A stretch of DNA of 32,000 nt from Pyrodictium occultum (GTDB lineage Archaea > Thermoproteota > Thermoprotei_A > Sulfolobales > Pyrodictiaceae): assembly GCF_001462395.1 (NCBI RefSeq), contig NZ_LNTB01000001.1:930001-962000 (forward strand). The letters are read 5' to 3'. The notes beneath the pieces were generated by a model. The model searched no databases, was not told where the DNA came from, and saw nothing but the letters and a program-made list of their open reading frames with translations. This document shows positions 23,688-32,000 of this stretch, piece by piece; within the stretch, counting starts at the first letter, position 1; the number at the start of each line of letters is the position of its first letter. The translations under genes and the position numbers were made by a program.

Positions 23688-24790
23688 AGCAGCCTGCCCA
23701 GGCCCTCACCGGTCGCGGCTGAGACGGGTATAACTCCCTGGAGCCCGGGGTAGACCGAGGAGGCCATGGCCTCCACGAGCCGGAGCACCCTGTCGAGCTC
23801 GCTCCTGTCGCTGACCAGGTCCATCTTGTTGGCGGCTATCACCATGGGCTTGTCGATCACCCCTATCCTCCGGAGCGTGTCGAGGCCCTCGCTCAGCTTC
23901 TCCGCCAGCACGTGCTCCTCCTCCGACACGTCCAGCACGTAGAGGATTAGATCGGCCTCGGCGGCCTCCTCGAGGGTGGAGTGGAAGGCCTCTATGATCT
24001 CCGGGGGTATCCTCGAGATGAGCCCGACCGTGTCGACCACCGCGAAGCGGAGCCCGTCAACACCTACAGCCTTGACCTTGGGGGACACGGTTGTGAAGTA
24101 CTCCGGGCCAACGGGCTTAGCCTCCCCGCTCAGCATGTTGAACAGCGTCGTCTTGCCGGCGCTGGCGTAGCCCACTATAGCTACGTGGGGGAGCCCGGCG
24201 CTCCTCCTCTTCCTCCTCTCCAGCCCCCTACGCTCCCGGAGCCTCTGCAGCTCCCTCCTTATCCTCGCTATCCTCGAGACCATGTACCGGTAGTAGGCGT
24301 CCACCGCGTAGCCGCCGGGGCCCAGAAAGCCGGGCAGCTCCCGCATCTTGGCAAGCCTTATAGCCTCCTTCACCAGCGGCAGCCGGTGCCTGAGCCGGGC
24401 CAGCTCTATCTGCAGCTTGGCCTCCCTGCTGCCAGCGTGGAGGGCGAAGATCTCCAGTATGAGGAGCGTCCTGTCTATAGCCTCCACGCCGGCCTCCCTA
24501 ACCACCCGAAAGTACTCCCGGGGCTTCAGCTCGTCGTAGACTATTATCCTCGCCTCCTCGTCGTCCCGCAGCCCCCTGGCGCTGGCGGCGATCTCCTCGA
24601 GCTTAGCCCTGCTGAAGAGCCTGGAGCGCGACACGGGGCGGTAGCGCACGACACCCTCGACACGGTAGCCTGCAGTCTCCACCAGCGCGTATGCCTCCCT
24701 CTCTTCCCAACCCTCCATACTCCTCGGCAGGGCTAGAATGGCGCGCTTCAAGGCGGCTCCACGCATCCCCGGCGGGGAGCGGCAGGCCAT
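23633..24790 (-). CDS. hflX: GTPase HflX
   Basis: HflX N-terminal domain ([29 protein letters not shown]). G1 [17 protein letters not shown]3 DTVGLI, G4 NKMDL. Confidence 0.9.
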   Translation of the reverse strand: MACRSPPGMRGAALKRAILALPRSMEGWEEREAYALVETAGYRVEGVVRYRPVSRSRLFSRAKLEEIAASARGLRDDEEARIIVYDELKPREYFRVVREAGVEAIDRTLLILEIFALHAGSREAKLQIELARLRHRLPLVKEAIRLAKMRELPGFLGPGGYAVDAYYRYMVSRIARIRRELQRLRERRGLERRKRRSAGLPHVAIVGYASAGKTTLFNMLSGEAKPVGPEYFTTVSPKVKAVGVDGLRFAVVDTVGLISRIPPEIIEAFHSTLEEAAEADLILYVLDVSEEEHVLAEKLSEGLDTLRRIGVIDKPMVIAANKMDLVSDRSELDRVLRLVEAMASSVYPGLQGVIPVSAATGEGLGRLLCRLSTLLRGTAGSTCSG

Positions 24791-24841
24791 CCGGGCTTGG
24801 GCGTGGGGCGGGAGCCCGGCTATAGGGGCTGCCCTGGGGGG

Positions 24842-25435
24842 CTAGTCCTCGCGCAGCTCCGCGACGTCGCCTAGGGTGAGGTGGAAGCCGCCCCTGTCTC
24901 TCCCCTCCTCCAGCTCCTCCAGCGGCTCCTCCGCTACGGGCTCCAGCAGCTTCACCCCCAGCACCCTCTCCAGCCTCCTAGCCAGGTCTATCGGGGGCAC
25001 CAGTGTCCCAGCCTCGATACGCTTTATCACATTCTCCCCGACCCTGACCTTCACCGCCAGCTCCCGCTGGGTTAGCCCGAGCTTCTCCCGGGCCCTCCTC
25101 ACCCTCTCAGCGTAGTCCTCCACCACCTCGAAGCGCTCGACGAGCCCCAGCCCCGAACCACGGCGGGCGGGGGGCCTCTGCCGCACCCTCCGGGGCGCCG
25201 CTGGCCTGGCGGCCCGCGGCCCACTGGGCTCCGGCGCCCGGGAGCCGGGCGCCACGCGGAGCCGCAGCGGCTCATCCATCCTCGTAGTGGAGGCGCGGGA
25301 CATGTAGCGGCGGTAGCAGCTCTCGCAGACCACCATCTCGACGCCCTCGACCACTATGGTGTAGCTCCTCCCCTCTATCGGGCGGCCGCACATCTCGCAG
25401 TAGACTACCTCCCTGCGGCGTCTCCCTAGCGGCAT
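24842..25435 (-). CDS. Archaeal multiprotein bridging factor 1 (aMBF1): zinc ribbon plus XRE-type HTH
   Basis: [11 protein letters not shown]...VVCESCY zinc ribbon and a C-terminal HTH ([45 protein letters not shown]). ATG 25435 is preferred because the TATA-like box lies only a few nt from the track start GTG 25468. Confidence 0.85.
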   Translation of the reverse strand: MPLGRRRREVVYCEMCGRPIEGRSYTIVVEGVEMVVCESCYRRYMSRASTTRMDEPLRLRVAPGSRAPEPSGPRAARPAAPRRVRQRPPARRGSGLGLVERFEVVEDYAERVRRAREKLGLTQRELAVKVRVGENVIKRIEAGTLVPPIDLARRLERVLGVKLLEPVAEEPLEELEEGRDRGGFHLTLGDVAELRED

Positions 25436-25471
25436 AGGGGGCGTCTCACCAGAGTAGCCACGGGGCACAAA

Positions 25472-25481
25472 CTATTATTTA
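25472..25481. promoter_or_regulatory. TATA-like box in the divergent aMBF1/PAN intergenic region
   Basis: CTATTATTTA, about 48 nt upstream of PAN ATG 25529 and about 40 nt upstream of MBF1 ATG 25435 on the other strand. Confidence 0.4.
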
Positions 25482-25528
25482 GGTGTTCATATGCCCGTTC
25501 TAATCTAGGTGCATGGTGGCGTAGTGGT

Positions 25529-26734
25529 ATGCAGCGGCGCGGCGCCGACAACGAGGCCACCAGGGACTATATACACTACCTTGAGAGGCGTGTCCGCGAG
25601 CTGGAGGCCGAGAGGGCCGAGCTGCGTAGGGAGCTGCGCCGCTACAAGATGGAGGTGGACAAGCTCCTCAACCCGCCTCTCATAGAGGCTGTAGTGCTCA
25701 GCGTGCTCCCCGACGGCAGGGTCGTGGTAAAGAGCAGTACCGGGCCCAACCTGGTTGTGAACGTCTCCTCCAACGTGGACGTCTCAAGGCTCACACCCGG
25801 CGCCTACGTGGCGCTCAACCAGCGGGGCTCGACCATAGTAGAGGTGCTCCCCGAGAGGGAGGACCCTACCGTAAGGGCTATGGAGGTCACCGAGAAGCCT
25901 GGCGTCACCTTCGACGATATAGGGGGGCTGGATGAGCAGAAGAGGGAGCTCTACGAGGCCGTCATACTCCCGCTGCTCAAGCCGGAGGCGTTCCGCGAGC
26001 TGGGGATAGAGCCGCCTAAGGGTGTGCTGCTCTACGGCCCGCCGGGCTGCGGGAAGACGCTGCTCGCCAAGGCCGTGGCCACCATGAGCAATGCCACCTT
26101 CATACGTGTTGTGGCCTCCGAGTTCGTCCACAAGTATGTGGGCGAGGGCGCGAGGATAGTGAGGGAGGTGTTCAAGCTGGCGAGGAGGAAGGCGCCCAGC
26201 ATCATATTCATAGACGAGATAGACGCGATAGCTGCTAAGAGGATAGACATAGGTACCAGCGGTGAGCGCGAGATACAGCGGACCCTGATGCAGCTGCTCG
26301 CGGAGCTGGACGGCTTCGAGCCCCTCGGCAACGTGAAGGTGATAGCCGCCACCAACAGGATCGATATACTCGACCCGGCCCTGCTGCGGCCCGGCAGGTT
26401 CGACAGGCTGATCTACGTGCCGCCGCCGGACGAGAAGGGCCGGCTGGAGATATTCAAGATACACACCAGGAGGATGCCGCTGGCGGAGGACGTCGACCTA
26501 GCCTACCTGGCCAGGGTGACTGAGGGCGCCACGGGGGCGGATATAAGGGCTATAGTTATGGAGGCCGGGCTCATGGCGCTGAGGAGCGGCCGCAGGTACG
26601 TGTCGATGGAGGACTTCGCGGCCGCGGTGGAGAAGGTTATGAAGAAGCGGAGGAGGCCCTACGCGGAGAGCCCGGAGTACCTGGAGAGCAGCGCCCCCAT
26701 GAGTGTCGGGGAGGGCGCTGTAATGCACATCTAG
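25529..26734 (+). CDS. pan: Proteasome-activating nucleotidase (PAN, AAA+ ATPase)
   Basis: N-terminal coiled coil ([27 protein letters not shown]), OB segment, Walker [20 protein letters not shown], Walker [11 protein letters not shown], and [11 protein letters not shown]. Confidence 0.95.
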   Translation: MQRRGADNEATRDYIHYLERRVRELEAERAELRRELRRYKMEVDKLLNPPLIEAVVLSVLPDGRVVVKSSTGPNLVVNVSSNVDVSRLTPGAYVALNQRGSTIVEVLPEREDPTVRAMEVTEKPGVTFDDIGGLDEQKRELYEAVILPLLKPEAFRELGIEPPKGVLLYGPPGCGKTLLAKAVATMSNATFIRVVASEFVHKYVGEGARIVREVFKLARRKAPSIIFIDEIDAIAAKRIDIGTSGEREIQRTLMQLLAELDGFEPLGNVKVIAATNRIDILDPALLRPGRFDRLIYVPPPDEKGRLEIFKIHTRRMPLAEDVDLAYLARVTEGATGADIRAIVMEAGLMALRSGRRYVSMEDFAAAVEKVMKKRRRPYAESPEYLESSAPMSVGEGAVMHI

Positions 26735-27447
26735 GCCTTGGCCTCCCTCTTCACCGCCCCGGCGCCAGCCCTCCTGAAGGTTTTACGGTAGCTGGACCAG
26801 AGGGAGCCCATCCTGGCCACCATCCTGTTCCATGTATCCCGGTCCACCTCCTCGTAGCGCATCTCCACCCTCCCGTCTCGCAGGACCCGGTAGCCTCTCT
26901 TGAGGTAGAGCCTGCCGCCCCGGGTGGCGAATACGGTGCAGTAGGTCAGCAGGCATACTATCGGCTTGGCGTGCTTCCCGTAGTCCTCCAGCATGCACCT
27001 ACCCTCCTCGACGTCGAAGAATATGCAGCGCCCCATAGGCCCGGTGTCGAGCCTGTAGACCCTCACGGGGCCGCCAGGGGTGCGGACCAGCTCGCTAGGC
27101 TGGCTCCGGATCCTCTCCTGGACCTCCACGGGGAGGCGGCGCAGCTCGTTCTCGAGGATGAAGGCGCCGCTGCGGAAGACGCAGCAGCGGTTGCAGCCCC
27201 TGGGGCACTCCATCCTGTAGGCGTCGCTGAGCACGCTCTCCCCCATCTCCTCGAACACCAGCATGTTCACATGGGTGCCCGGGGTCGGCTTGAAGACCGC
27301 TAGGAGCCTCTTGAGCCGCGGGCTGTAGTAGACGCCCTGGAACCAGCGCTTCAGCCACGCCGCCTCACGGAGGGCGTAGATGTTCCAGGCCCGGTCTCCC
27401 CTACGGGGCTCCCTCAGCACGTAGATCTTGCCCATCGCCTCCTGCAC
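26731..27447 (-). CDS. YkgJ-family Cys-cluster protein (CxxCxxCC, UPF0153-like)
   Basis: [12 protein letters not shown] plus downstream GRCIFFD...GRCMLE...CLLTYC. It overlaps the upstream metallopeptidase-like gene by 47 nt (35 nt if it starts at ATG 27435). Confidence 0.65.
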   Translation of the reverse strand: MQEAMGKIYVLREPRRGDRAWNIYALREAAWLKRWFQGVYYSPRLKRLLAVFKPTPGTHVNMLVFEEMGESVLSDAYRMECPRGCNRCCVFRSGAFILENELRRLPVEVQERIRSQPSELVRTPGGPVRVYRLDTGPMGRCIFFDVEEGRCMLEDYGKHAKPIVCLLTYCTVFATRGGRLYLKRGYRVLRDGRVEMRYEEVDRDTWNRMVARMGSLWSSYRKTFRRAGAGAVKREAKA

Positions 27448-27877
27448 CCCCGCCTATAAGCTCCTCCAGAGAGCTCTCCAGGAGCCTGCACACCCTCTCA
27501 ACCACGCCGCCGGGGAGGCTGTCCGCCAGCCTCCTCAGCCTGCTCCAGCGGCTCCACTCCCCGTGGCTGCGGAGGCCCCCGCTAAAGCTCCGCGGTATGT
27601 GGAGCAGCTCGTGCACCAGCACCGCCACCCGGTCGCGGCAGCCCAGGTGGGCGAAGTTCTCTGAGACCAGCTCCACCACGTACATGGGGCTGCAGAGCCC
27701 CAGCCTGGTGAAGGGGCTGGGAACCCCCCATATCCTTGCGTATGCTCGCGTCCGGGCGCCCCTGCTCCAGGCGGCGTAGAGCCTGGACTTGTCCACGTAG
27801 TCCAGGCCGAGGGCGTCCACGAGGAGTCGGAGGGCCTCCCCGAGCCTCGAGTCGCGCACAAGCCTGATCCTCGGCAA
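27401..27877 (-). CDS. Small predicted zinc metallopeptidase (SprT/COG4900-like)
   Basis: AVLVHELLHIP (HExxH) in a 158-aa protein. No other domain recognised. Confidence 0.6.
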   Translation of the reverse strand: MPRIRLVRDSRLGEALRLLVDALGLDYVDKSRLYAAWSRGARTRAYARIWGVPSPFTRLGLCSPMYVVELVSENFAHLGCRDRVAVLVHELLHIPRSFSGGLRSHGEWSRWSRLRRLADSLPGGVVERVCRLLESSLEELIGGGAGGDGQDLRAEGAP

Positions 27878-27968
27878 GGAGGCTGCCCGGGGCAGAGGGG
27901 GGCCGCTGCGGCCCCCGGGGGGACAAGTGGGTGGCCCCCGGGGCCCCGTAGAAAGGGGGGCCTGGGGG

Positions 27969-29180
27969 CTAGCGCCTCCTCCTACGCCTAGTCTCCTCCT
28001 CGACCTCGTAGGCCTTTACCCCTACGCCGAGCAGCTTCCTGAACACAGCGTCCAGGAACTTCACGTGGAAGCCGCGCTGGCCGACGAAGGCGCCGAACTC
28101 GTCGCTCCGGACCCGGACCGCTAGGTAGGGGCCCTCGAAGTCCACATCAACCACGTGCTTGTATATCCAGCTTACAGGGTGTACAGCCCTTATGATGTTG
28201 GTGAAGTCTAGTGTCAGCTCCACTGCGCGGAGCCTCAGCTCGGTGTCCTGCTCTATCTTCTGTATCCTCTCGCCGCCGCGGCCCACCAGCCTGCCCAGGT
28301 AGCCCTCCTTCACCAGTATCAGGGCGTCTGGCACGTGCTCGGCCGTTATCTGGAACTGCTTCTTGGCGTCTATGAACTCCACCACTGTTATCACGTCGGC
28401 GTCCGGGGCGTAGATCCTGGCGGCCTCCATCACCCTCTTCTCCGCCTCGTTGAGGGGCCTGTTCCTCATCCTCATCTCTATGAGGAGCCTTATCCCCCGG
28501 CGGGCGCCGGGCCTAACTATGTCCTTCAGCCCGAGGTCTACAACCTTGGCATTCTCCTCGCCGACCAGTACCTCCCTCATAACGGTGGCGCCGTCGCGCT
28601 CCACGCCGTGGGGCTTCTGGAACACCGGGTCGCCGGCTATGACGAACTTGCTGTTCCTGCCTATCCTCATGAGTATCTCAACGCTGCTCTCCGGGGGGAT
28701 GTTCTGCGAGTCGTCTAGGAAGATTATTGAGTCGTCGAAAGTCCTGCCGCGGAGGTAGTGGGTGTCGGCGAACATTATCTTGCCCTCGTCTATGAGCTTC
28801 TCTACCTCCTGCCACTCTATGAAGCCTGCCAGGATGTCGCGGAGGTAGGCCGAGGCTATCTCGTAGTACTGCTCCCCCAGCTCCTGGGCCGTGAGCTCCC
28901 TGCCCGTGACAACGTCGACCACGGGCCTCGAGATTATGAGCCTCTTGTACTTGCCCTCCAGCACCGCGTCGATCCCGTAGAGGACGCTGAAGAGGCTCTT
29001 ACCGCTCCCCGTGGGGCCGAAGAGCCCTACTATCTCGTACTCGTCGCTTGTGAGGGCCTGGAGCATCTCCTCCTGCCCGGGGCTCATGGGCTTAAGCTTC
29101 TCCAGCAGCGCCCCCATGCCGTCCACCCCCGCCCCTCCCTCGCCATGGGTACCCGTTTCAGTGAGTAGCTGGTACGGCAA
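27969..29180 (-). CDS. PhoH-like P-loop ATPase with C-terminal KH domain
   Basis: Walker A GLFGPTGSGKS, IIFLDDSQN (Walker B-like), FVIAGDP, and a C-terminal KH GxxG segment (LVGRGGERIQKIEQDTELRL). Confidence 0.85.
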   Translation of the reverse strand: MPYQLLTETGTHGEGGAGVDGMGALLEKLKPMSPGQEEMLQALTSDEYEIVGLFGPTGSGKSLFSVLYGIDAVLEGKYKRLIISRPVVDVVTGRELTAQELGEQYYEIASAYLRDILAGFIEWQEVEKLIDEGKIMFADTHYLRGRTFDDSIIFLDDSQNIPPESSVEILMRIGRNSKFVIAGDPVFQKPHGVERDGATVMREVLVGEENAKVVDLGLKDIVRPGARRGIRLLIEMRMRNRPLNEAEKRVMEAARIYAPDADVITVVEFIDAKKQFQITAEHVPDALILVKEGYLGRLVGRGGERIQKIEQDTELRLRAVELTLDFTNIIRAVHPVSWIYKHVVDVDFEGPYLAVRVRSDEFGAFVGQRGFHVKFLDAVFRKLLGVGVKAYEVEEETRRRRRR

Positions 29181-29239
29181 GCCCTTTTATCAAGTCTTCC
29201 AGGCCCTCCTCCAACACCCTCCACCGGGGCCTAGGAGCC

Positions 29240-29878
29240 GTGGCGGCGGGGGGCGGCTGGCAGCAGGCCAAGATGGAGGCCTGGCGGAGGCTCTGGGAGG
29301 ACCTCAGGATAGGCTATCTCGACGAGGATATCCTAGACGTGCTGATCGAGATCTTCCTGCGGCCCTGGAGCTACCCGAAGAGCAGCTGTTCGGGCAGGAT
29401 AACCGTGATAGACGCCGCCTACCCCTGGGCCAAGGACGAGACCATGACTGTTTTCAAGAAGCACGGGAGGGTGGGCTACGAGGAGATAGAGGGGGTGCTC
29501 GCGAAGCCCTGGGCCCACCGGCTCTGGCTGAGCGTGCAGGGGCCCATATACCACGTCTACACGGCCAGCCTGGAGGAGGCCAGGGAGCTGCTGGCTGCTG
29601 CGAGGGAGGCGGGGTTCAAGCACAGCGGGGTAATGGTGCTGGGCGAGGCCCCGCTGGTGGAGTTGCGGACGGGGGTGAGGGCGGACATGCTGCTGGCCGA
29701 TGGAGACCGGGTGCTGGTTGACCGCGAGGCGCTCCACCGCATGGTGGACGTGGCTAACGAGGTCCTGGCGAGGGCTAAGGAGAGGAACCGGCGGCTCCTG
29801 GAGGCACTGCGGCGTAGGAGGCCTGGAAGCCTCTGGGGCCCGGCGGTGGAGAAGGCGCGGCGGCTCGGCCTCCTCTAG
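29240..29878 (+). CDS. tRNA wybutosine/wyosine-synthesizing protein 3 homologue (Taw3/TYW3 methyltransferase)
   Basis: GYLDEDILDVLIEIF...YPKSSCSGRI is the TYW3 signature, followed by FKHSGV. The alternative start ATG 29273 (MEAWRRLWEDL) is plausible. Confidence 0.8.
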   Translation: MAAGGGWQQAKMEAWRRLWEDLRIGYLDEDILDVLIEIFLRPWSYPKSSCSGRITVIDAAYPWAKDETMTVFKKHGRVGYEEIEGVLAKPWAHRLWLSVQGPIYHVYTASLEEARELLAAAREAGFKHSGVMVLGEAPLVELRTGVRADMLLADGDRVLVDREALHRMVDVANEVLARAKERNRRLLEALRRRRPGSLWGPAVEKARRLGLL

Positions 29879-29946
29879 GGGCTTGAGGTACCATTCTTTA
29901 ACCTCCCAATCGCCTTCAAGACTGTCCCGGAGGAGCGGGGTGGCTG

Positions 29947-30402
29947 ATGGTGTCCTCTGAGAGTGCTCCCCCGGAGGAGCTGAGCGTCTCCGACGTTATG
30001 ACGGTTAACGTTGTCACCGTTAGGCCCGACGAGACTGCCGTGGAGGCGGCACGCAAGATGGCCGAGAACGACGTGGGCAGTGTCGTGGTCGTGGACGAGA
30101 AGGGCACCATACTGGGGATAGTTACCGAGGGCGATATAGTGAGGAGGGTGGTGGCCCGGGGCCTGGACCCCTCCAAGACCCGGGTGGAGGACATAATGAC
30201 CAGGAACCCGGTCACGATCTACGAGGACGCTACCCTCGCCGCTGCCGCGGAGTACATGAGGGAGAAGGGGATAGGCCACCTGCCGGTGGTGAACGAGCAC
30301 GGCAGGCTCGTCGGGATAATATCGAGGAGCGATATAGTGAGGATAGCGCCTGGGCTCATCGAGATCCTCTACCTAAGGGAGGGCCGGGGAGGCGGACTCT
30401 AG
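29947..30402 (+). CDS. CBS domain pair protein
   Basis: Two CBS repeats (VSDVMTVNVVTVRPDETAVEAARKMAENDVGSVVVVDEKGTILGIVTEGDI and VEDIMTRNPVTIYEDATLAAAAEYMREKGIGHLPVVNEHGRLVGIISRSDI). Confidence 0.85.
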   Translation: MVSSESAPPEELSVSDVMTVNVVTVRPDETAVEAARKMAENDVGSVVVVDEKGTILGIVTEGDIVRRVVARGLDPSKTRVEDIMTRNPVTIYEDATLAAAAEYMREKGIGHLPVVNEHGRLVGIISRSDIVRIAPGLIEILYLREGRGGGL

Positions 30403-30439
30403 AGGTCCTGCAAAAGAGATTTTACTCCATTAATCATAC

Positions 30440-31276
30440 TTGATTCTACTAACGGTGTCGGGCCTGGAGGCACGTGTCTCAGACGCGTTCTCGCCCCGCT
30501 ACCCCTACGCCCTGCCCCAGACGAGCATCGGCGAGCTGCGGCGCATGGTAAGGGAGCTGAGGCTGCGCCTAATCCCCGTGGTCTCCGACGAGAAGACCAT
30601 GCGGCTCGAGGGCGTGGTCAGGAGGAGGGCCCTGCTGACGGTGACCAGCACCAGGGCGGGGGTGGCGGCTAGGGGCCTCGAGGAGGAGCCCAGGCTCCTC
30701 CTCAAGCCGGGCGAGGGGCTGCGGGAGGCGGCCGGCAGGATGCTGGAGCTTGACGAGTGGTACGCCCCCGTGGTGGACGATGCGGGCAGGCTGCTCGGCG
30801 TCCTGGGCCTCGAGGGGGTTATAGAGAGGCTCCTGGAGAGCGGGGAGGAGTTCCTCGAGAAGCCCGTGTCGCGGCTTATGGAGACCAGGCTCGTCTACGT
30901 CGAGCCCGGGACCCCGGTCTACAAGGTGTGGCAGCTAATGCTCTCCCGCGGCTTCTCAGCCCTCCCAGTCGTTAAGGACGGCAGGCTGGTGGGCGTTGTG
31001 GCTGAGCACGACCTGCTGGCCCGCGGGTTCACGAGGCCGGACCTCGAGTCCCCCTCGGGGCTGCGGAGGGGCCCCCGCGTGGAGGAGGTGATGTCCACCC
31101 CGCCGGCCGCGGTGGAGCCCGATGCCCCCGCCGCGGAGGCTGCTAGGCTCATGCTGCGCCGGGATATAGGCAGGGTGTACGTCGTGGATGAGGAGGGCAG
31201 GCTCCTCGGGGTCGTGGATAGAAGCGATGTGGTGGCTGCGTGGCTCCGGGGCCGCCCTCGGTCCAAGGTAGTTTAA
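30440..31276 (+). CDS. CBS domain protein (about four CBS repeats)
   Basis: Repeated ...PVV(D/K)D.GRL.GV(L/V)....D(L/V) units, e.g. YAPVVDDAGRLLGVLGLEGV, ALPVVKDGRLVGVVAEHDL and RVYVVDEEGRLLGVVDRSDV. TTG start. Confidence 0.8.
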   Translation: MILLTVSGLEARVSDAFSPRYPYALPQTSIGELRRMVRELRLRLIPVVSDEKTMRLEGVVRRRALLTVTSTRAGVAARGLEEEPRLLLKPGEGLREAAGRMLELDEWYAPVVDDAGRLLGVLGLEGVIERLLESGEEFLEKPVSRLMETRLVYVEPGTPVYKVWQLMLSRGFSALPVVKDGRLVGVVAEHDLLARGFTRPDLESPSGLRRGPRVEEVMSTPPAAVEPDAPAAEAARLMLRRDIGRVYVVDEEGRLLGVVDRSDVVAAWLRGRPRSKVV

Positions 31277-31350
31277 TACCATGGCCCTCGTGTAGAACCG
31301 GGATTGGGCTTGGATGCCCAGGGGAGAGGGTGCCAGGGAGGCGTTGAGCC

Positions 31351-32000
31351 GTGGGAGCGCCTAGAGCGCCCCTGCCCCCCAGGAGGCCGGAGGGTATTAG
31401 GTGGCTGAGGAGCGACGGGAAGCCGAACTTCAGCGACCGCATCCACAGGAGCGAGGGCGACGCCAAGATCCTGGCTAGGAGGCCCGTCTACACCACTACC
31501 AAGACCACCACCATACTGGGGCTGGCGGAGGATATGAGCCGCTACAGGGTAAGGGCTATGCCCGTGGTGTCGCCCAGCGACGAGAAGCTGGAGGGCATAG
31601 TCACCGCCACGGATCTCGTCAGCTACCTGGGCGGCGGCGACCTCTACAACATAGTTGTTAACAGGCACCGCGGCAACATCTTCTCCGCGCTGCTGAAGGA
31701 GCACGTCTCCTCCATCATGAACCCCAACCCCGTCTACGTAACCGTGGCGGATAAGCTGCCGAGGATACTGGAGATCATGGTTACCAGGAGCGTCGGTGTC
31801 CTACCCGTGGTGATGGAGGACGGTAGCCTCTGGGGGATCATAACCGAGCACGACCTGGTGGAGCACCTGGCCGAGAAGAGGATCGGCCGCAAAGTATCCG
31901 ACATAATGACGAGTAACGTGATAACCATAGATGCTAAGGCCACGCTGAAAGAGGCAGCCGAGACTATGATAAAGTATGGTGTCAGGAGACTGCCCATAGT
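31351..32000 (+). CDS. CBS domain protein, 3' end truncated by window edge
   Basis: Not in the ORF track. Hand translation from GTG 31351 (first start after the in-frame TGA at 31345-31347) stays open to 32000: ...RVRAMPVVSPSDEKLEGIVTATDLVSYL...VGVLPVVMEDGSLWGIITEHDLVEHL...VSDIMTSNVITIDAKATLKEAAETMIKYGVRRLPI. Confidence 0.7.
   Translation, partial: MGAPRAPLPPRRPEGIRWLRSDGKPNFSDRIHRSEGDAKILARRPVYTTTKTTTILGLAEDMSRYRVRAMPVVSPSDEKLEGIVTATDLVSYLGGGDLYNIVVNRHRGNIFSALLKEHVSSIMNPNPVYVTVADKLPRILEIMVTRSVGVLPVVMEDGSLWGIITEHDLVEHLAEKRIGRKVSDIMTSNVITIDAKATLKEAAETMIKYGVRRLPI

Noticed and set aside
1-32000. CRISPR arrays, tRNA/rRNA genes, transposases, integrases and long terminal or inverted repeats.
   Set aside because: No regularly spaced direct repeats were seen. 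There are no T-arm GGTTCRAATCC-type sequences in any intergenic gap. There are no DDE, tyrosine or serine recombinase motifs in any ORF.

Overview
High-GC (roughly two-thirds G+C by eye) archaeal chromosomal window. The gene set looks Thermoproteota/Crenarchaeota-like: Vps4/CdvC, PAN, TFE, aMBF1, aTrm56, Taw3 and HflX. Most of it is densely packed housekeeping and metabolic genes. These include an M32 carboxypeptidase, a DUF62 SAM hydrolase, a ZIP transporter, an FAH-family hydrolase, two metallophosphoesterases, a C5 DNA methyltransferase and three consecutive CBS-domain genes. I saw no rRNA, tRNA, CRISPR array, transposase or integrase. The unusual part is about 11.8-18.4 kb. It holds (i) a sharp, locally symmetric strand-composition and codon-usage switch centred on the 12.70-12.80 kb intergenic region. 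It also holds (ii) a signal-peptide-less BtuF-like binding-protein gene that the ORF track fuses to a decayed radical SAM gene. That decayed gene has a CX3CX2C N-terminus followed by frame switches and in-frame stops. Finally (iii), two intact radical SAM genes lie divergent from lplA (candidate LipS1/LipS2-type lipoyl synthase), and lplA is tightly coupled to a PflA-like radical-SAM paralogue whose first cluster cysteine is Ser. Other second-look items are a 381-nt structured non-coding gap (7194-7574), a cdvC gene without cdvA/cdvB neighbours, an operon-embedded C5 methyltransferase with variant catalytic motifs, and a PhoH-KH/metallopeptidase/YkgJ cassette. Many long antisense ORFs in the track are GC-driven artefacts. 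All family assignments come from motif recognition by eye, not from database searches.
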